From IMG/VR virus record IMGVR_UViG_3300042935_001404: a DNA stretch of 64,000 nucleotides. The stretch is one strand, 5' to 3'. Below the pieces are notes generated by a model. It was not told the origin of the DNA, searched no databases, and saw nothing but the letters and a program-made list of their open reading frames with translations. This document shows positions 20,519 through 30,334 of the stretch, one piece after another (positions within the stretch are counted from its first letter, which is position 1; the number at the start of each line of letters is the position of its first letter). The stretch comes from a virus (lineage: Duplodnaviria > Caudoviricetes). The position numbers and the translations under genes were made by a program.

Positions 20519-23348
20519 GTTTGATGTATTTTATTCTGGAACAAAGCCCAATTTGTTTGCGCATGAGCAGGCAGTAGATACCATTGAACAGGCACAACAG
20601 CAGAGTCGCACTCGTTTCTTTTGGTTTGTAAATTACTTATCTGACTACACCGGCTTTGATTTTCTTTGGGAACCTGTGCCTTGGCAAGCACACCAGCGAC
20701 ATGCCTGGGCAAGTCAACACCAACCAGATTCGGGCACATATCTTGTGCCTACAGTAGGCTACACAGATACAAACTATCACACCGATGTAGTATTGCAAAG
20801 AATCAACAATGAAGATTCATGGAAAATACACGAAGCAATAGATCAAGAGTCATGGGATTGGTCCTGGCATCCTGATCCGGCAGAGCCTCCTTACATCTAC
20901 GTGTTTGGTAATCAGTGGAACTTTCCTGAATACAAGGCCAGTGTAGAGTATGTTGTACCTGGAGCGACTGAACGCAAGTACATGGATCTAAAAACAACTA
21001 GACTACCGCTGCCGCAGTTATTTGCACATAATCTAGCAGTGAGCAAGTTTGATTATTCGTGGGAACCTAATCCGTTTGATCCTCCTTATGTGTATGTGTT
21101 TGGCAATCAGTGGAACCCTGGTGTACTAGAGCCCACGATAATTTATACAGTACCCGGAGCAACAGAACACAAGTATGTAGATGACATTGTGGCCACTGTA
21201 GCATCCAGTCCTGCAGACTTTGATGTGTTGCACGATATTGCTGACTTTGATTATTCCTGGAGACCCAATCCTACAGATCCAGATTACATATATGTGTTCG
21301 GCAATGAATGGCACACAGCAGAGATCATGCCCACAGTGGAATATCAAGTGGGCAGTGCCACTGAACGCAAATATGTAGAATACCCTCGAGCTAAACTGCC
21401 ACAGCACCGCAATAATAAATGGCACACAGTAGAAGATTGTGATTGGAATTATTCCTGGATACCAGATCCAGGTGATCCTCCTTACACGTATGTGTTTGGC
21501 AATCAGCATTGGTCTGCTGAAATTATGCCTACTGTCACATACACAGTTCCTGGCGCAACTGAACGCAAGTACATGGATTATCCACGTGCTCAACTGTTAG
21601 AAACACACCTACACTGGGACACTATTACACATCATGACTATGAGTTTGATCGATCTTGGCGACCCGATCCTGGTGAGCCGCCTATGATATATGTGTTTGG
21701 CAACCAACACTGGCCTGCAGAGAAAATGCCCGTGTTGCGTTACTGTTCCGAGCCTGCGGATCAAGACTTGCCCATCAAGTACATGGACTACCCTCGAGCC
21801 ACACTACTGCCCAACAAAACAATGTGGGTGCTACCTGAGGGTGTGCGTGAAGAACACGTGGACTTCTCTTGGGTTCCTGATCCTGGTGAACCTGCCTACA
21901 TCTATCAGTTTGCTACACAGTGGCAAAAAACCGGCGGCCCACAGTATCATGTGCCTGGTGCAACTGAAATCAAGTACCTTGAGCATGTAGAAATCAAAAT
22001 TGAAACTACCACAGTTCCTATTGTGGAGATTGATCACTTGGATGGTAGTGCAGGTAACATTCCCGATACCGTCAAACGCATACGTTACTTTGACAACTAT
22101 AGGGATACACTTGTACGTTTAGCCAAAAGTCTAGTTGGTGAGCATGAGTTTGTATGGGTATGTAGCAGTATTTGTGACTACACTGACTTTGACTTTTCGT
22201 GGCACCCGGAAAAATGGCAAAGCACTATGCTACATGTATTTGCCTCCAATGAACAAAAGTTTGGAGATACATTCTACATGCACGTTCCTACATTTGCGGC
22301 TCGTGCAGAGAAGAAAGCCCTGTTGGAATGGTACAGCGTAAACTATGTGCCACGGATTCGTGTTTCACGCAGACCCATGCCTGTGATACAGCACACAGAA
22401 GACAGTCATGTAGATGCAGTCAAGAACGCAACATGGTCAGGTCCATTGGCCACATTTACCACAACTGATTGTGTGTCGGATAATGTAGTCACAGTTCCGC
22501 TGTGGCGCACTGAAACCAAAACTATTGTGCCATTGAGTAAAGGTGCTGCCAGTGTGATTGTTCCGCGAGTGGCAGTAGGTGATATTCGTACACAGTTATA
22601 TGATTACCCGTACATTAATAAAACACAACGCATGGGCAAAGAACATCCGTTGGACATTGTGTTTATAAGCAATGGCGAAAAGTATGCTGGTTTTCATGAA
22701 CAACAGTTATATCGATCAGTACAAAGAGACGGGCTTGACTGCAATCACATACATCATTCTACAGGCGTAAACGGTCGAGTGGCAGCATACCAAGCAGCCG
22801 CTAGGTCAAGTACAACACCTTGGTTCTTTGCTGTGTTTGCCAAGCTAGAAGTTGATCCCAAGTTTGACTGGACATGGCAACCTGATCGTATGCAACAGGC
22901 CAAGCACTACATCTTTCACGCATACAATCCTGTGAATGGATTGACATATGGTCACCAAGCTATGATTGCATACAATAAGAAAATGGTGTTGGAGAACGTT
23001 GGAGCAGGATTAGACTTTACACTGGATCAACCGCATGAAGTTGTGCCCGTGCTCAGTGGTGTAGCTAATTATAATGAAACACCTTGGACAGCTTGGCGCA
23101 CTGCATTCCGTGAAGTGCTTAAATTAAAGGCCAGTCTGCCAGATGTAGAAAGTGAATACCGACTCCGTATGTGGCTCAGTAATGCTGGCGAAGTTCCAAA
23201 TGCAGAATGGAGTCAGTGGGGCGCCGAAGATGCAGTAGAGTACTACGACGAAGTAGGCGGCGACTTTGCGGCTCTAAAGAAAAGTTACGAGTGGACTTGG
23301 TTGGCCAGTTATGCGTTTATGCGACGCAGTTTACAACCTGATCGCTGA
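20517..23348 (+). CDS. 943-aa repeat protein with C-terminal GT-like domain
   Basis: six ~62-aa repeats; C-terminal DIVFISNGE..GVNGRVAAYQAAA resembling 427-1353. Confidence 0.75.
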   Translation: MFDVFYSGTKPNLFAHEQAVDTIEQAQQQSRTRFFWFVNYLSDYTGFDFLWEPVPWQAHQRHAWASQHQPDSGTYLVPTVGYTDTNYHTDVVLQRINNEDSWKIHEAIDQESWDWSWHPDPAEPPYIYVFGNQWNFPEYKASVEYVVPGATERKYMDLKTTRLPLPQLFAHNLAVSKFDYSWEPNPFDPPYVYVFGNQWNPGVLEPTIIYTVPGATEHKYVDDIVATVASSPADFDVLHDIADFDYSWRPNPTDPDYIYVFGNEWHTAEIMPTVEYQVGSATERKYVEYPRAKLPQHRNNKWHTVEDCDWNYSWIPDPGDPPYTYVFGNQHWSAEIMPTVTYTVPGATERKYMDYPRAQLLETHLHWDTITHHDYEFDRSWRPDPGEPPMIYVFGNQHWPAEKMPVLRYCSEPADQDLPIKYMDYPRATLLPNKTMWVLPEGVREEHVDFSWVPDPGEPAYIYQFATQWQKTGGPQYHVPGATEIKYLEHVEIKIETTTVPIVEIDHLDGSAGNIPDTVKRIRYFDNYRDTLVRLAKSLVGEHEFVWVCSSICDYTDFDFSWHPEKWQSTMLHVFASNEQKFGDTFYMHVPTFAARAEKKALLEWYSVNYVPRIRVSRRPMPVIQHTEDSHVDAVKNATWSGPLATFTTTDCVSDNVVTVPLWRTETKTIVPLSKGAASVIVPRVAVGDIRTQLYDYPYINKTQRMGKEHPLDIVFISNGEKYAGFHEQQLYRSVQRDGLDCNHIHHSTGVNGRVAAYQAAARSSTTPWFFAVFAKLEVDPKFDWTWQPDRMQQAKHYIFHAYNPVNGLTYGHQAMIAYNKKMVLENVGAGLDFTLDQPHEVVPVLSGVANYNETPWTAWRTAFREVLKLKASLPDVESEYRLRMWLSNAGEVPNAEWSQWGAEDAVEYYDEVGGDFAALKKSYEWTWLASYAFMRRSLQPDR
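20815..21986 (+). repeat. six tandem protein-level repeats, consensus (F/W)DxSWxPDPxxPPYIYVFGNQW..P.v.Y.VPGATErKY
   Basis: visible in translation; DNA-level tgtgtttggcaatcag and gcaactgaacgcaagta recur. Confidence 0.85.
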
Positions 23349-24423
23349 TGTATTCAACTTCTAAGTCTGTTAGTTCGGGATAGATAGGCAGACTTAGTAC
23401 ACGACGAGCAAGACTAGAACTTGCGGCCAACATGTCTGGGCCAGGATATGCTCTATACAACGGTAGTTCGTGCAATGGGTTTATATAATGTACTCGTGTA
23501 TCAATCTTGCGCAGTGCAAGATTTGCTCGTAGCGTATCACGTCCATCAACATCTATAACAAACTTATGAACAGCATGATTGTGTGCATTGGTATCGTTAA
23601 TCAAACACCGTATGTCTGTATGTTTAAAACGATCACGCCAATGATCTGCAATCTTTTGTCTACGTGCTTGCCAATAATCAATATGTCGAGATTTAACCAA
23701 CATGTGCGCACAGTCCAGTTCGCTCATACGACTGTTGGTACCTGGATTTCGATGTGTAGGTTTACCATTGTCTCGCCATGCTCGGGCATATTCTGCTAGA
23801 TCCAAATTGTCTGTAACAACGGCACCACCATTGCCATAACAAGCCAAGTTTTTCATAGGATCAAAACTAATTGCCGCACCACCTTTGCCTATTCTTGTGC
23901 AGTCAGCCGATAACCAATGTTGTGCGGCATCTTCGATTATAAGAGTATCATGTTGTACCCATTGATGCCAGGCGCGAACATCACCGTGATGCGTAACTGC
24001 GGCACCGTACAATCCAACCATTACAATTGCCTGATAACTTAACCCTGTTGGTATTGAATTAGTGTTTAATAAACCCTGCGCATCTGTATCAATGATGTGT
24101 ATATCCCAGCCTGCACGTACGAATGCATTGGCAGTGGCCACATAGGTCATTGCAGGGATCAACACAGTGGGAGGATGCGGCACAGGAGATTCCATGGCCC
24201 AGTAATTGGCTAAGATTTCAAGTGCATGTGTGCCTGAATGGCAAGTTACAGCATAACGCACATGATTCTTTCGAGCAAGCCATGCTTCAAACTCCACAGT
24301 GTTGTTGCCGTTCATGAGTTGACCACTGCGAAGAACTTCGTCAGTCACATCTAGAATTTCTGTGCGGAGATTGTTATACTGTTTTTTTAAACCAGTAAAC
24401 GGGATTGTAAGTCCAGTATTCAT
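23317..24423 (-). CDS. DegT/DnrJ/EryC1/StrS family PLP aminotransferase
   Basis: SGTHAL, IIEDAAQ, SFDPMKNL..YGNGG, NSRM, LSLP. Confidence 0.93.
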   Translation of the reverse strand: MNTGLTIPFTGLKKQYNNLRTEILDVTDEVLRSGQLMNGNNTVEFEAWLARKNHVRYAVTCHSGTHALEILANYWAMESPVPHPPTVLIPAMTYVATANAFVRAGWDIHIIDTDAQGLLNTNSIPTGLSYQAIVMVGLYGAAVTHHGDVRAWHQWVQHDTLIIEDAAQHWLSADCTRIGKGGAAISFDPMKNLACYGNGGAVVTDNLDLAEYARAWRDNGKPTHRNPGTNSRMSELDCAHMLVKSRHIDYWQARRQKIADHWRDRFKHTDIRCLINDTNAHNHAVHKFVIDVDGRDTLRANLALRKIDTRVHYINPLHELPLYRAYPGPDMLAASSSLARRVLSLPIYPELTDLEVEYISDQVVNCVA

Positions 24424-24599
24424 GCATTCTTTGCCCAGGCAATATACCCACCATTGGCATTGCTCCACGGGCAATACTGTTCCCACAATACAGTTGCTTG
24501 CTCTGGATTCTCTTTCATCAAGAGGTCTAGACTATGCCTGGTCTTGTATCCATCAAGACTCCAGTCATGATTTTTCAATGCAGTTTCTAAGTCATTCAT
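24420..24599 (-). CDS. hypothetical protein
   Basis: MNDLETALKNHDWS..; stop overlaps next start. Confidence 0.55.
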   Translation of the reverse strand: MNDLETALKNHDWSLDGYKTRHSLDLLMKENPEQATVLWEQYCPWSNANGGYIAWAKNA

Positions 24600-24610
24600 T
24601 TTGTTTATCT

Positions 24611-25579
24611 TTAAAAAGTAGTTTGCCAGTAGGAAGATTCGCTCAGCCACTTGTAGTAATTTTGGAATCCCTCTTCTACATCTACTCGAGGATCATATCC
24701 AAGCACAGTCCTTGCCTTCGTGATATTTAATGCACCTCGACTGGGAAAGTCCGCATCCTTGTCACGACATTCTATTGTTCCTTTGCCAACAATTTTAACA
24801 ATCATTTCTGCGGCTTCTAACAAACTCACTGAATGTGATTTGGTGATGTTGTAGGTCATATTTTTACTCATGATACGAGTTGCGGCAGACACAATGCCGT
24901 CGGCCGCGTCATCTACATAGGTAAAGTCTAACGTCTCCCCTGCCCCATTAACTCGGAGAACGCTGCCTCGCATTGCTGTGAGCATAAATTTTGCAACAAC
25001 TCGGTCCTCCACATCCAAGGGGCCGTATACAGCACTAGGCCTAATAATAGCGTAATCAAAAGCGCCGCGACGATGGTAGTCTTTGACAATGTCTTCTCCT
25101 GTTAATTTTAAGATGCCGTATTGGCCAATGGGTCGGCAATTGTAGTCCTCTTCAACTTGATCTTCAAAGTCGCCATACACCATTGAACTTGAGATGTATA
25201 CCACACGTTCTACATTGTGAGTTTTGGCACTCTCACAAATGTTAATCAACCCCTCCATCATAACTCTAGCACCCCAAGCTGGATTGGCATTTACAACCTT
25301 TTGTCGGGGGAAACTTGCCATGTGTATTACTACTTCTGGCTTGTGCTCAGCCATAACAAAGTCCATGTCACTGGCATCGGTAATATCGTATGGATAAATT
25401 TTGGTGTCTGGCGCAAGTTTTTTCATACGCTCGTGCATTAAATAGTCAATTTCTGATTGTGGAATAATACCATAGTTGGTTTTTGTATCCACAATTACAA
25501 CATTGTCTCCTCGAGCTTGTAAACGTTGTACCACGTTGTGACCAATAAGACCCAGGCCGCCTGTTACTAATATCTTCAT
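24611..25579 (-). CDS. NAD-dependent epimerase/dehydratase
   Basis: GGLGLIG, SSSMVYG, YGILK, IIRPSAVYG. Confidence 0.93.
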   Translation of the reverse strand: MKILVTGGLGLIGHNVVQRLQARGDNVVIVDTKTNYGIIPQSEIDYLMHERMKKLAPDTKIYPYDITDASDMDFVMAEHKPEVVIHMASFPRQKVVNANPAWGARVMMEGLINICESAKTHNVERVVYISSSMVYGDFEDQVEEDYNCRPIGQYGILKLTGEDIVKDYHRRGAFDYAIIRPSAVYGPLDVEDRVVAKFMLTAMRGSVLRVNGAGETLDFTYVDDAADGIVSAATRIMSKNMTYNITKSHSVSLLEAAEMIVKIVGKGTIECRDKDADFPSRGALNITKARTVLGYDPRVDVEEGFQNYYKWLSESSYWQTTF

Positions 25580-25590
25580 TTCTTTCCTTA

Positions 25591-25941
25591 TTATATTAGA
25601 TGTTGTGCAAGTACCATGCAACTAATCCAGACCCAAATTGTATTAAACCCTACCAAAGTTGGCAATGCTTTTTTATTGCTAGCCCAAATAAGTGTTAGAC
25701 TTGTTGCTAGTGTAAAGAAATACAACCACCAAATAGTAATGCCAAAGATCAAGCCAGGAACAATAATGGTAGCTTTTGCCGCCCAACTTAAAAACTCTAC
25801 AGTATTATAGTCAGTCCAATATTCTTTTGTAAACCACATGCCATAACATTCTTTAATCTTGACAAATGTGATATGTTTGTAGCTGATTAATATCAATACT
25901 GCCCACACAACTGTGCCAGCTAACATTTGATTCTCACTCAT
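25591..25941 (-). CDS. membrane protein
   Basis: several hydrophobic segments. Confidence 0.65.
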   Translation of the reverse strand: MSENQMLAGTVVWAVLILISYKHITFVKIKECYGMWFTKEYWTDYNTVEFLSWAAKATIIVPGLIFGITIWWLYFFTLATSLTLIWASNKKALPTLVGFNTIWVWISCMVLAQHLI

Positions 25942-26497
25942 ATATTTTTCCTATTATAATTGATCCAATGAACATTCCTATAGCATACTCTGCCCATAGT
26001 AGTAAACTATCCGTCATATTATCCCATTGTGCGTAGCTAATCCAGTAACCGGCCATAATACAAGCAGGCAATAAGCTAGACATTCCTGCAATCATAACAA
26101 TGATGTTGATACGGGTTGCATGATCCCAAAAGTAATTTAATGCCATTCCAAGTCCAATGGCTATTATAAAATCTGTTGTTGATGGCACAAAATTTTTAGT
26201 GAGCTCTGTGGCCAACACAACCGGAAACTGATAAAAATACAACCATCCGACTACAATCAAAATTGACACGTATAGAATTAAATGTATTAAATTTTTTATG
26301 TTGTTTCTAACAGCACAAATTACAACTGCCATTGGAAATCCGACTTTGCTAGCAAATACCAACAGCAAGGTATTATTAACAAACCCCCAACAACATCCGA
26401 TACCACACAATATACACAGCAATATCTTGGAAGTCAACGACAAGTCGTCAAGTACCGTGAATTTCATGTTTTCTTTAAACTCCATTTTAGTGTCCAA
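25934..26497 (-). CDS. membrane protein, DUF389-like
   Basis: multiple TM segments; PSTTDFIIA..AGMSSLLPA..GY. Confidence 0.55.
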   Translation of the reverse strand: MDTKMEFKENMKFTVLDDLSLTSKILLCILCGIGCCWGFVNNTLLLVFASKVGFPMAVVICAVRNNIKNLIHLILYVSILIVVGWLYFYQFPVVLATELTKNFVPSTTDFIIAIGLGMALNYFWDHATRINIIVMIAGMSSLLPACIMAGYWISYAQWDNMTDSLLLWAEYAIGMFIGSIIIGKIYE

Positions 26498-26799
26498 AAA
26501 GTTTCGTGTTGTTCGCTAAGTCTGGCCATGATACGATACAGGTGTCCGTAACTAGACATATCTGCTTGGCGAGTCCAGTAAGGTTTCTCCACAGCATGTT
26601 CCATGATAAATTTACCAGCATCGCTTTGCTGCCATTTCCATATGGGATCGGCTACCATGATGTCAGGATCTTCTACATCACCCATGCGTATCTCATGAAC
26701 ACACACGTCACGAAACTTTACGGCCCGGTCATTGATAATTTTGACCTGTTCAGGTTGCCAGTGTTTGTATTCGTCTGGATAAGTGCTTGTTATTGCCAT
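26464..26799 (-). CDS. hypothetical phage protein
   Basis: ORF in operon. Confidence 0.7.
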   Translation of the reverse strand: MAITSTYPDEYKHWQPEQVKIINDRAVKFRDVCVHEIRMGDVEDPDIMVADPIWKWQQSDAGKFIMEHAVEKPYWTRQADMSSYGHLYRIMARLSEQHETFWTLKWSLKKT

Positions 26800-26819
26800 A
26801 CACTAGTATAGCATGAGGA

Positions 26820-27512
26820 TTAGTTTTTAGCAACCAAGTCGGCTGCCATTGGAAAGATTGCTGTAATGGCTAGAGCGCAAGCTCTTGCAATTTCCATGTG
26901 CTCTTTTTGTGTGCCATTGGCCGCACGTAGTTCAATGTAATGAATCCATGAACGTAGTGTACCATTCATGTACATACGGCTAATGGTAAGGCCTTCTGGT
27001 AGAACAGCACGGGCCTGTTCTTTGGCAATGCCATTTTTAATTGCCCAAGAGTATTCTTGTTTGACACTAAACAGCACACGCCGCTGAGCACGTTCCCATT
27101 CAAATGCAATTAACCGTTGCTGTTCATCTGACAGATCTAGTTCTACACTGTTCTGACGATTCCGTGTGTCTTGGAATCGTGCTTCACGCAGAACGAACGC
27201 TTCGTCGAGTTCTTGTGTAGGATCAGCATAACGCTGAGAGAACTCTTGAAAACTAAAACTACGATGACGTAAGATCTGTCTTGCAATATCACGTGTGGTT
27301 GTAATTTCCATACAGGCCGAAACCATTTCCAGTGGGCTCCAATGTTGGTGTCGAACTAGATACTTGATTAGTCGTTCGCTTGTTTCTGTGTTTAACTGAT
27401 TGGCAGGATTGCTGACACGGGCGCAATACGCAATTAGTTCTTGCGCATCTGCAACACCCTGGTCAGCAAACTCCGTAGTCGGCTGACTGTACGATACGAG
27501 TTGAATTTTCAT
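26820..27512 (-). CDS. thyX: FAD-dependent thymidylate synthase
   Basis: HWSPLE, RHRSFSFQEFSQRY signature. Confidence 0.97.
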   Translation of the reverse strand: MKIQLVSYSQPTTEFADQGVADAQELIAYCARVSNPANQLNTETSERLIKYLVRHQHWSPLEMVSACMEITTTRDIARQILRHRSFSFQEFSQRYADPTQELDEAFVLREARFQDTRNRQNSVELDLSDEQQRLIAFEWERAQRRVLFSVKQEYSWAIKNGIAKEQARAVLPEGLTISRMYMNGTLRSWIHYIELRAANGTQKEHMEIARACALAITAIFPMAADLVAKN

Positions 27513-28198
27513 TTTTGTTTTGGTAAAGTTGTCCAGGAAACAATGGCTCTTTTGTATTTAAGTCCATTGGCCAGAAAGTTGTCACTGGTGTGAAATTTTT
27601 TGCGGCTTGCGGCAAATAATGATCCCTTGGTCCAAGGAAAAATCTTTTCAATACTGAACCATTGGAAATCTCCCATTGGGATATGTGAAAAATATTTTTG
27701 TCGGGTTTCTTCAGTGATGTGATACTTGCCAGGTTGTTTCAATGGATGTGCATCCATGTAGTCTTGCGGAATATTGTTTTCGCTTTCCTGTTCAAACACA
27801 ATAGTATTGCTATCAAATGTATCCAATGGGATAATGAAAGTCCATGCAGGATCTGAATCAACTGGATTTGCTCTTAAATTTGAATGATCGTAATCAGTGT
27901 GTATGTTGTAAGGATTTACTGAATTGAATATGTGAATCTGTTGCATAAACAAATCAGCACCAAAGTGCTCGGCAAACTTTGGTGCTAAAATGTCATGAAT
28001 TATTTTGTTATCTTGATTGTAGAAATCAAAATTGTAATAATTAGCGTACAAATATTTTTCACCAGGTTTACCACGAGGATGATCGCCTTCGTGATAACTA
28101 TCGACCGGATCAACTGTAGTCATAACAAATTTTTCAATTGTTTCAACTTCTTTGTCAGACAGAAAATTATCAATAACTCTGGTATCAATATTTCGCAT
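27509..28198 (-). CDS. hypothetical protein (possible 2OG-Fe(II)/cupin-like fold)
   Basis: HTD motif, FIIPL, late FHTSD; TATAAATA just upstream. Confidence 0.5.
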   Translation of the reverse strand: MRNIDTRVIDNFLSDKEVETIEKFVMTTVDPVDSYHEGDHPRGKPGEKYLYANYYNFDFYNQDNKIIHDILAPKFAEHFGADLFMQQIHIFNSVNPYNIHTDYDHSNLRANPVDSDPAWTFIIPLDTFDSNTIVFEQESENNIPQDYMDAHPLKQPGKYHITEETRQKYFSHIPMGDFQWFSIEKIFPWTKGSLFAASRKKFHTSDNFLANGLKYKRAIVSWTTLPKQK

Positions 28199-28206
28199 AC
28201 AAATAT

Positions 28207-28509
28207 TTATAACCCATTTAGAATTTTATTAGTTTCGGGTTGAACAAGATTGGCCACAGCACCAACATCTACCACAAAGTCTATGTCGCGAATTTCGTCA
28301 TCTAATTCTGCAAGGGTACGAGTCAACATCACCTCAATCTCATCCACACTCATACCTTGCTTTTGCAGTGTAGACAAGTTAAACGTCTTCTGACGACCGC
28401 CGTGAAATTTAAGAATTACTTTCTTGATACATTCTAACGGTACATCAGTTTTGGATACGTCGGCAATAATGTGTTCCCAAGCAGTCAGGAAGTCTTTATT
28501 GTGTTCCAT
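28207..28509 (-). CDS. hypothetical phage protein
   Basis: ORF, start refined to MEHNKD. Confidence 0.7.
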   Translation of the reverse strand: MEHNKDFLTAWEHIIADVSKTDVPLECIKKVILKFHGGRQKTFNLSTLQKQGMSVDEIEVMLTRTLAELDDEIRDIDFVVDVGAVANLVQPETNKILNGL

Positions 28510-29245
28510 CGGCAACAGCAGTCTTAACTTTGTTAGGGCCACGTGTGCGTTTTGCAGGCACAGCCGGCTCGGTTGCTACTGGTTTGCTTTTGCTTGGGCG
28601 ACTAACTGTGGGATCCATGCGTTCAGCATCTTTCTTCATACGTGCCGCTTCTGCGATCATTGACTTGGCATTTGCTTCCATTACCTGTGCTTGTGACAAC
28701 ATGTTGGCAGCAATGTCGCGATCAGTCAACGCACCACCTTCACCGGCTCGCAGTACTGGAGGAGCAACATAACCAGGTGCTGACTTGGCAGCCTGTCCGG
28801 CTTTGTATTCTGCTTCTGCTTTGCGTTTGACTTCTGGCGCTACCATTCCGCGGCTGGCATCATTTTGTGCCATACGCTTGATGGCTTCTTCGCCTTGCTT
28901 CATTTCATTCAACATCTTGTTGAGTTCATCTAGGCGAATTCTTGCATCGCCGGAAGGTGTAACAATGATGTCACTAGAACGTACCTTCTTGATCATGCGC
29001 TCTTGGTGCAGAGTTTCCAAGATAGGACGACCATCTGGGAAGTAACTGCGATGTAGCGCATCGGCAAATTCTTCTGCTGATTGACCAATTGTACTTTCCA
29101 ATACCTTTTGCACAGAATCTTGCCAGTGTGCCTGTAGCGTTTCGGGATAGACAACTAGACTCATGTGATCTTCTCCGGGTACCTGACGGAACAAAATGCA
29201 GACCTTACGGTCACCGTGTTTACCAACGTGTTTCATAAATGCCAT
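28496..29245 (-). CDS. hypothetical phage protein
   Basis: long ORF with SD (AAGGAG). Confidence 0.8.
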   Translation of the reverse strand: MAFMKHVGKHGDRKVCILFRQVPGEDHMSLVVYPETLQAHWQDSVQKVLESTIGQSAEEFADALHRSYFPDGRPILETLHQERMIKKVRSSDIIVTPSGDARIRLDELNKMLNEMKQGEEAIKRMAQNDASRGMVAPEVKRKAEAEYKAGQAAKSAPGYVAPPVLRAGEGGALTDRDIAANMLSQAQVMEANAKSMIAEAARMKKDAERMDPTVSRPSKSKPVATEPAVPAKRTRGPNKVKTAVADGTQ

Positions 29246-29247
29246 TG

Positions 29248-29451
29248 TTACTCTCCTTGTGTGTTACTGGCCGCAGATTCTTCCTGGGCCTTGGCTTGTG
29301 CTACTACTGCTTCAAGGAAACTGGTTAGTTTGTTGTAAACTTCTCCAATCTCCTTCATTTCTGCGGCACGGAAGGCACCGCGTGTGCTTGCTAAGTCAAC
29401 GATATCTTTTAACAGATTTAAATCGGCGATAGTAATTTCTTTGTTTTCCAT
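29248..29451 (-). CDS. hypothetical phage protein
   Basis: ORF in operon. Confidence 0.75.
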   Translation of the reverse strand: MENKEITIADLNLLKDIVDLASTRGAFRAAEMKEIGEVYNKLTSFLEAVVAQAKAQEESAASNTQGE

Positions 29452-29549
29452 ATAGATATTTAATAAAAAAATGTGCAGTGCAAAAGTTTTTTACTGTGGA
29501 TTACACTCAAAACTGGTCACTTAGGACAAATTGATCATCCTAAACTAGA

Positions 29550-29783
29550 TTAAAATTCTACCAATTGCTTTACATCTTTTGTTGGAACCCACATGACATT
29601 GTGAATGTCTTGTTTGACTTTTACCGGAAGATCAGCATGCACCAACACACGTTTTTCCTGTTCTCTTACTACAGTACCGATAAATGGCACTCCAGCAAAA
29701 CGTCCAAATACTCTGGATCCAAGATCAAACTTTGACCCTGGAGCATCTTTGTTTTTGTTGGCAAAGTATTCGGCGTAGCCCAT
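29550..29783 (-). CDS. hypothetical protein
   Basis: ORF in operon. Confidence 0.65.
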   Translation of the reverse strand: MGYAEYFANKNKDAPGSKFDLGSRVFGRFAGVPFIGTVVREQEKRVLVHADLPVKVKQDIHNVMWVPTKDVKQLVEF

Positions 29784-30010
29784 TATTCAAAATGCTCTTT
29801 TAATGTTTTTACACTTTCACTAATTGTGCATTTAACAATGCCTTGTTGGAATGTGGTCATGGCACAATGCATAGGTGTTGCATCTACAACTTGAATGCAT
29901 TCTTCAATTAACAATTCTGCAAATTTTTCCAATGGAATATACACATCGTCGGGTAAGTTGTCTATTTTTAATCCTGCCTGCAATGCAAGATCGTGTAGTT
30001 TTTGTTTCAT
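29783..30010 (-). CDS. hypothetical protein
   Basis: ORF, TAATG coupling. Confidence 0.65.
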   Translation of the reverse strand: MKQKLHDLALQAGLKIDNLPDDVYIPLEKFAELLIEECIQVVDATPMHCAMTTFQQGIVKCTISESVKTLKEHFE

Positions 30011-30330
30011 TATTTAACTCCAAATTCTTGTTCCAGGTCTCCATCATTATAAAAGAAACCTTGTCCTTGATCGTATTTGTTCTGTGCCAGTTGTTCAAAT
30101 GTTTCTCCGTCGTAAAATTTCTCAATGACCATACGCCATCGTTCTTCAGGATAATCAATTAGTTCAAATTCGTCAACTCGGCCGTAGCCGTCATAGGTGC
30201 CACGTACACGATCGCCGTTCTTAAACAGCACAACAACACCCGAAGCAAATGCCCAAGGTGTGTTTCTTACTGCAACCTCTGCCATTACAGGCTTGTCTGA
30301 TTTGGCACAACGCCAACTGAAGAATCCCAT
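30010..30330 (-). CDS. hypothetical protein
   Basis: MGFFSWRC.. start refined. Confidence 0.7.
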   Translation of the reverse strand: MGFFSWRCAKSDKPVMAEVAVRNTPWAFASGVVVLFKNGDRVRGTYDGYGRVDEFELIDYPEERWRMVIEKFYDGETFEQLAQNKYDQGQGFFYNDGDLEQEFGVK

Positions 30331-30334
30331 TTTA

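Noticed and set aside
20815-21986. Diversity-generating retroelement template/variable repeats
   Set aside because: Repeats diverge at all bases, not adenine-specifically, and no reverse transcriptase is present
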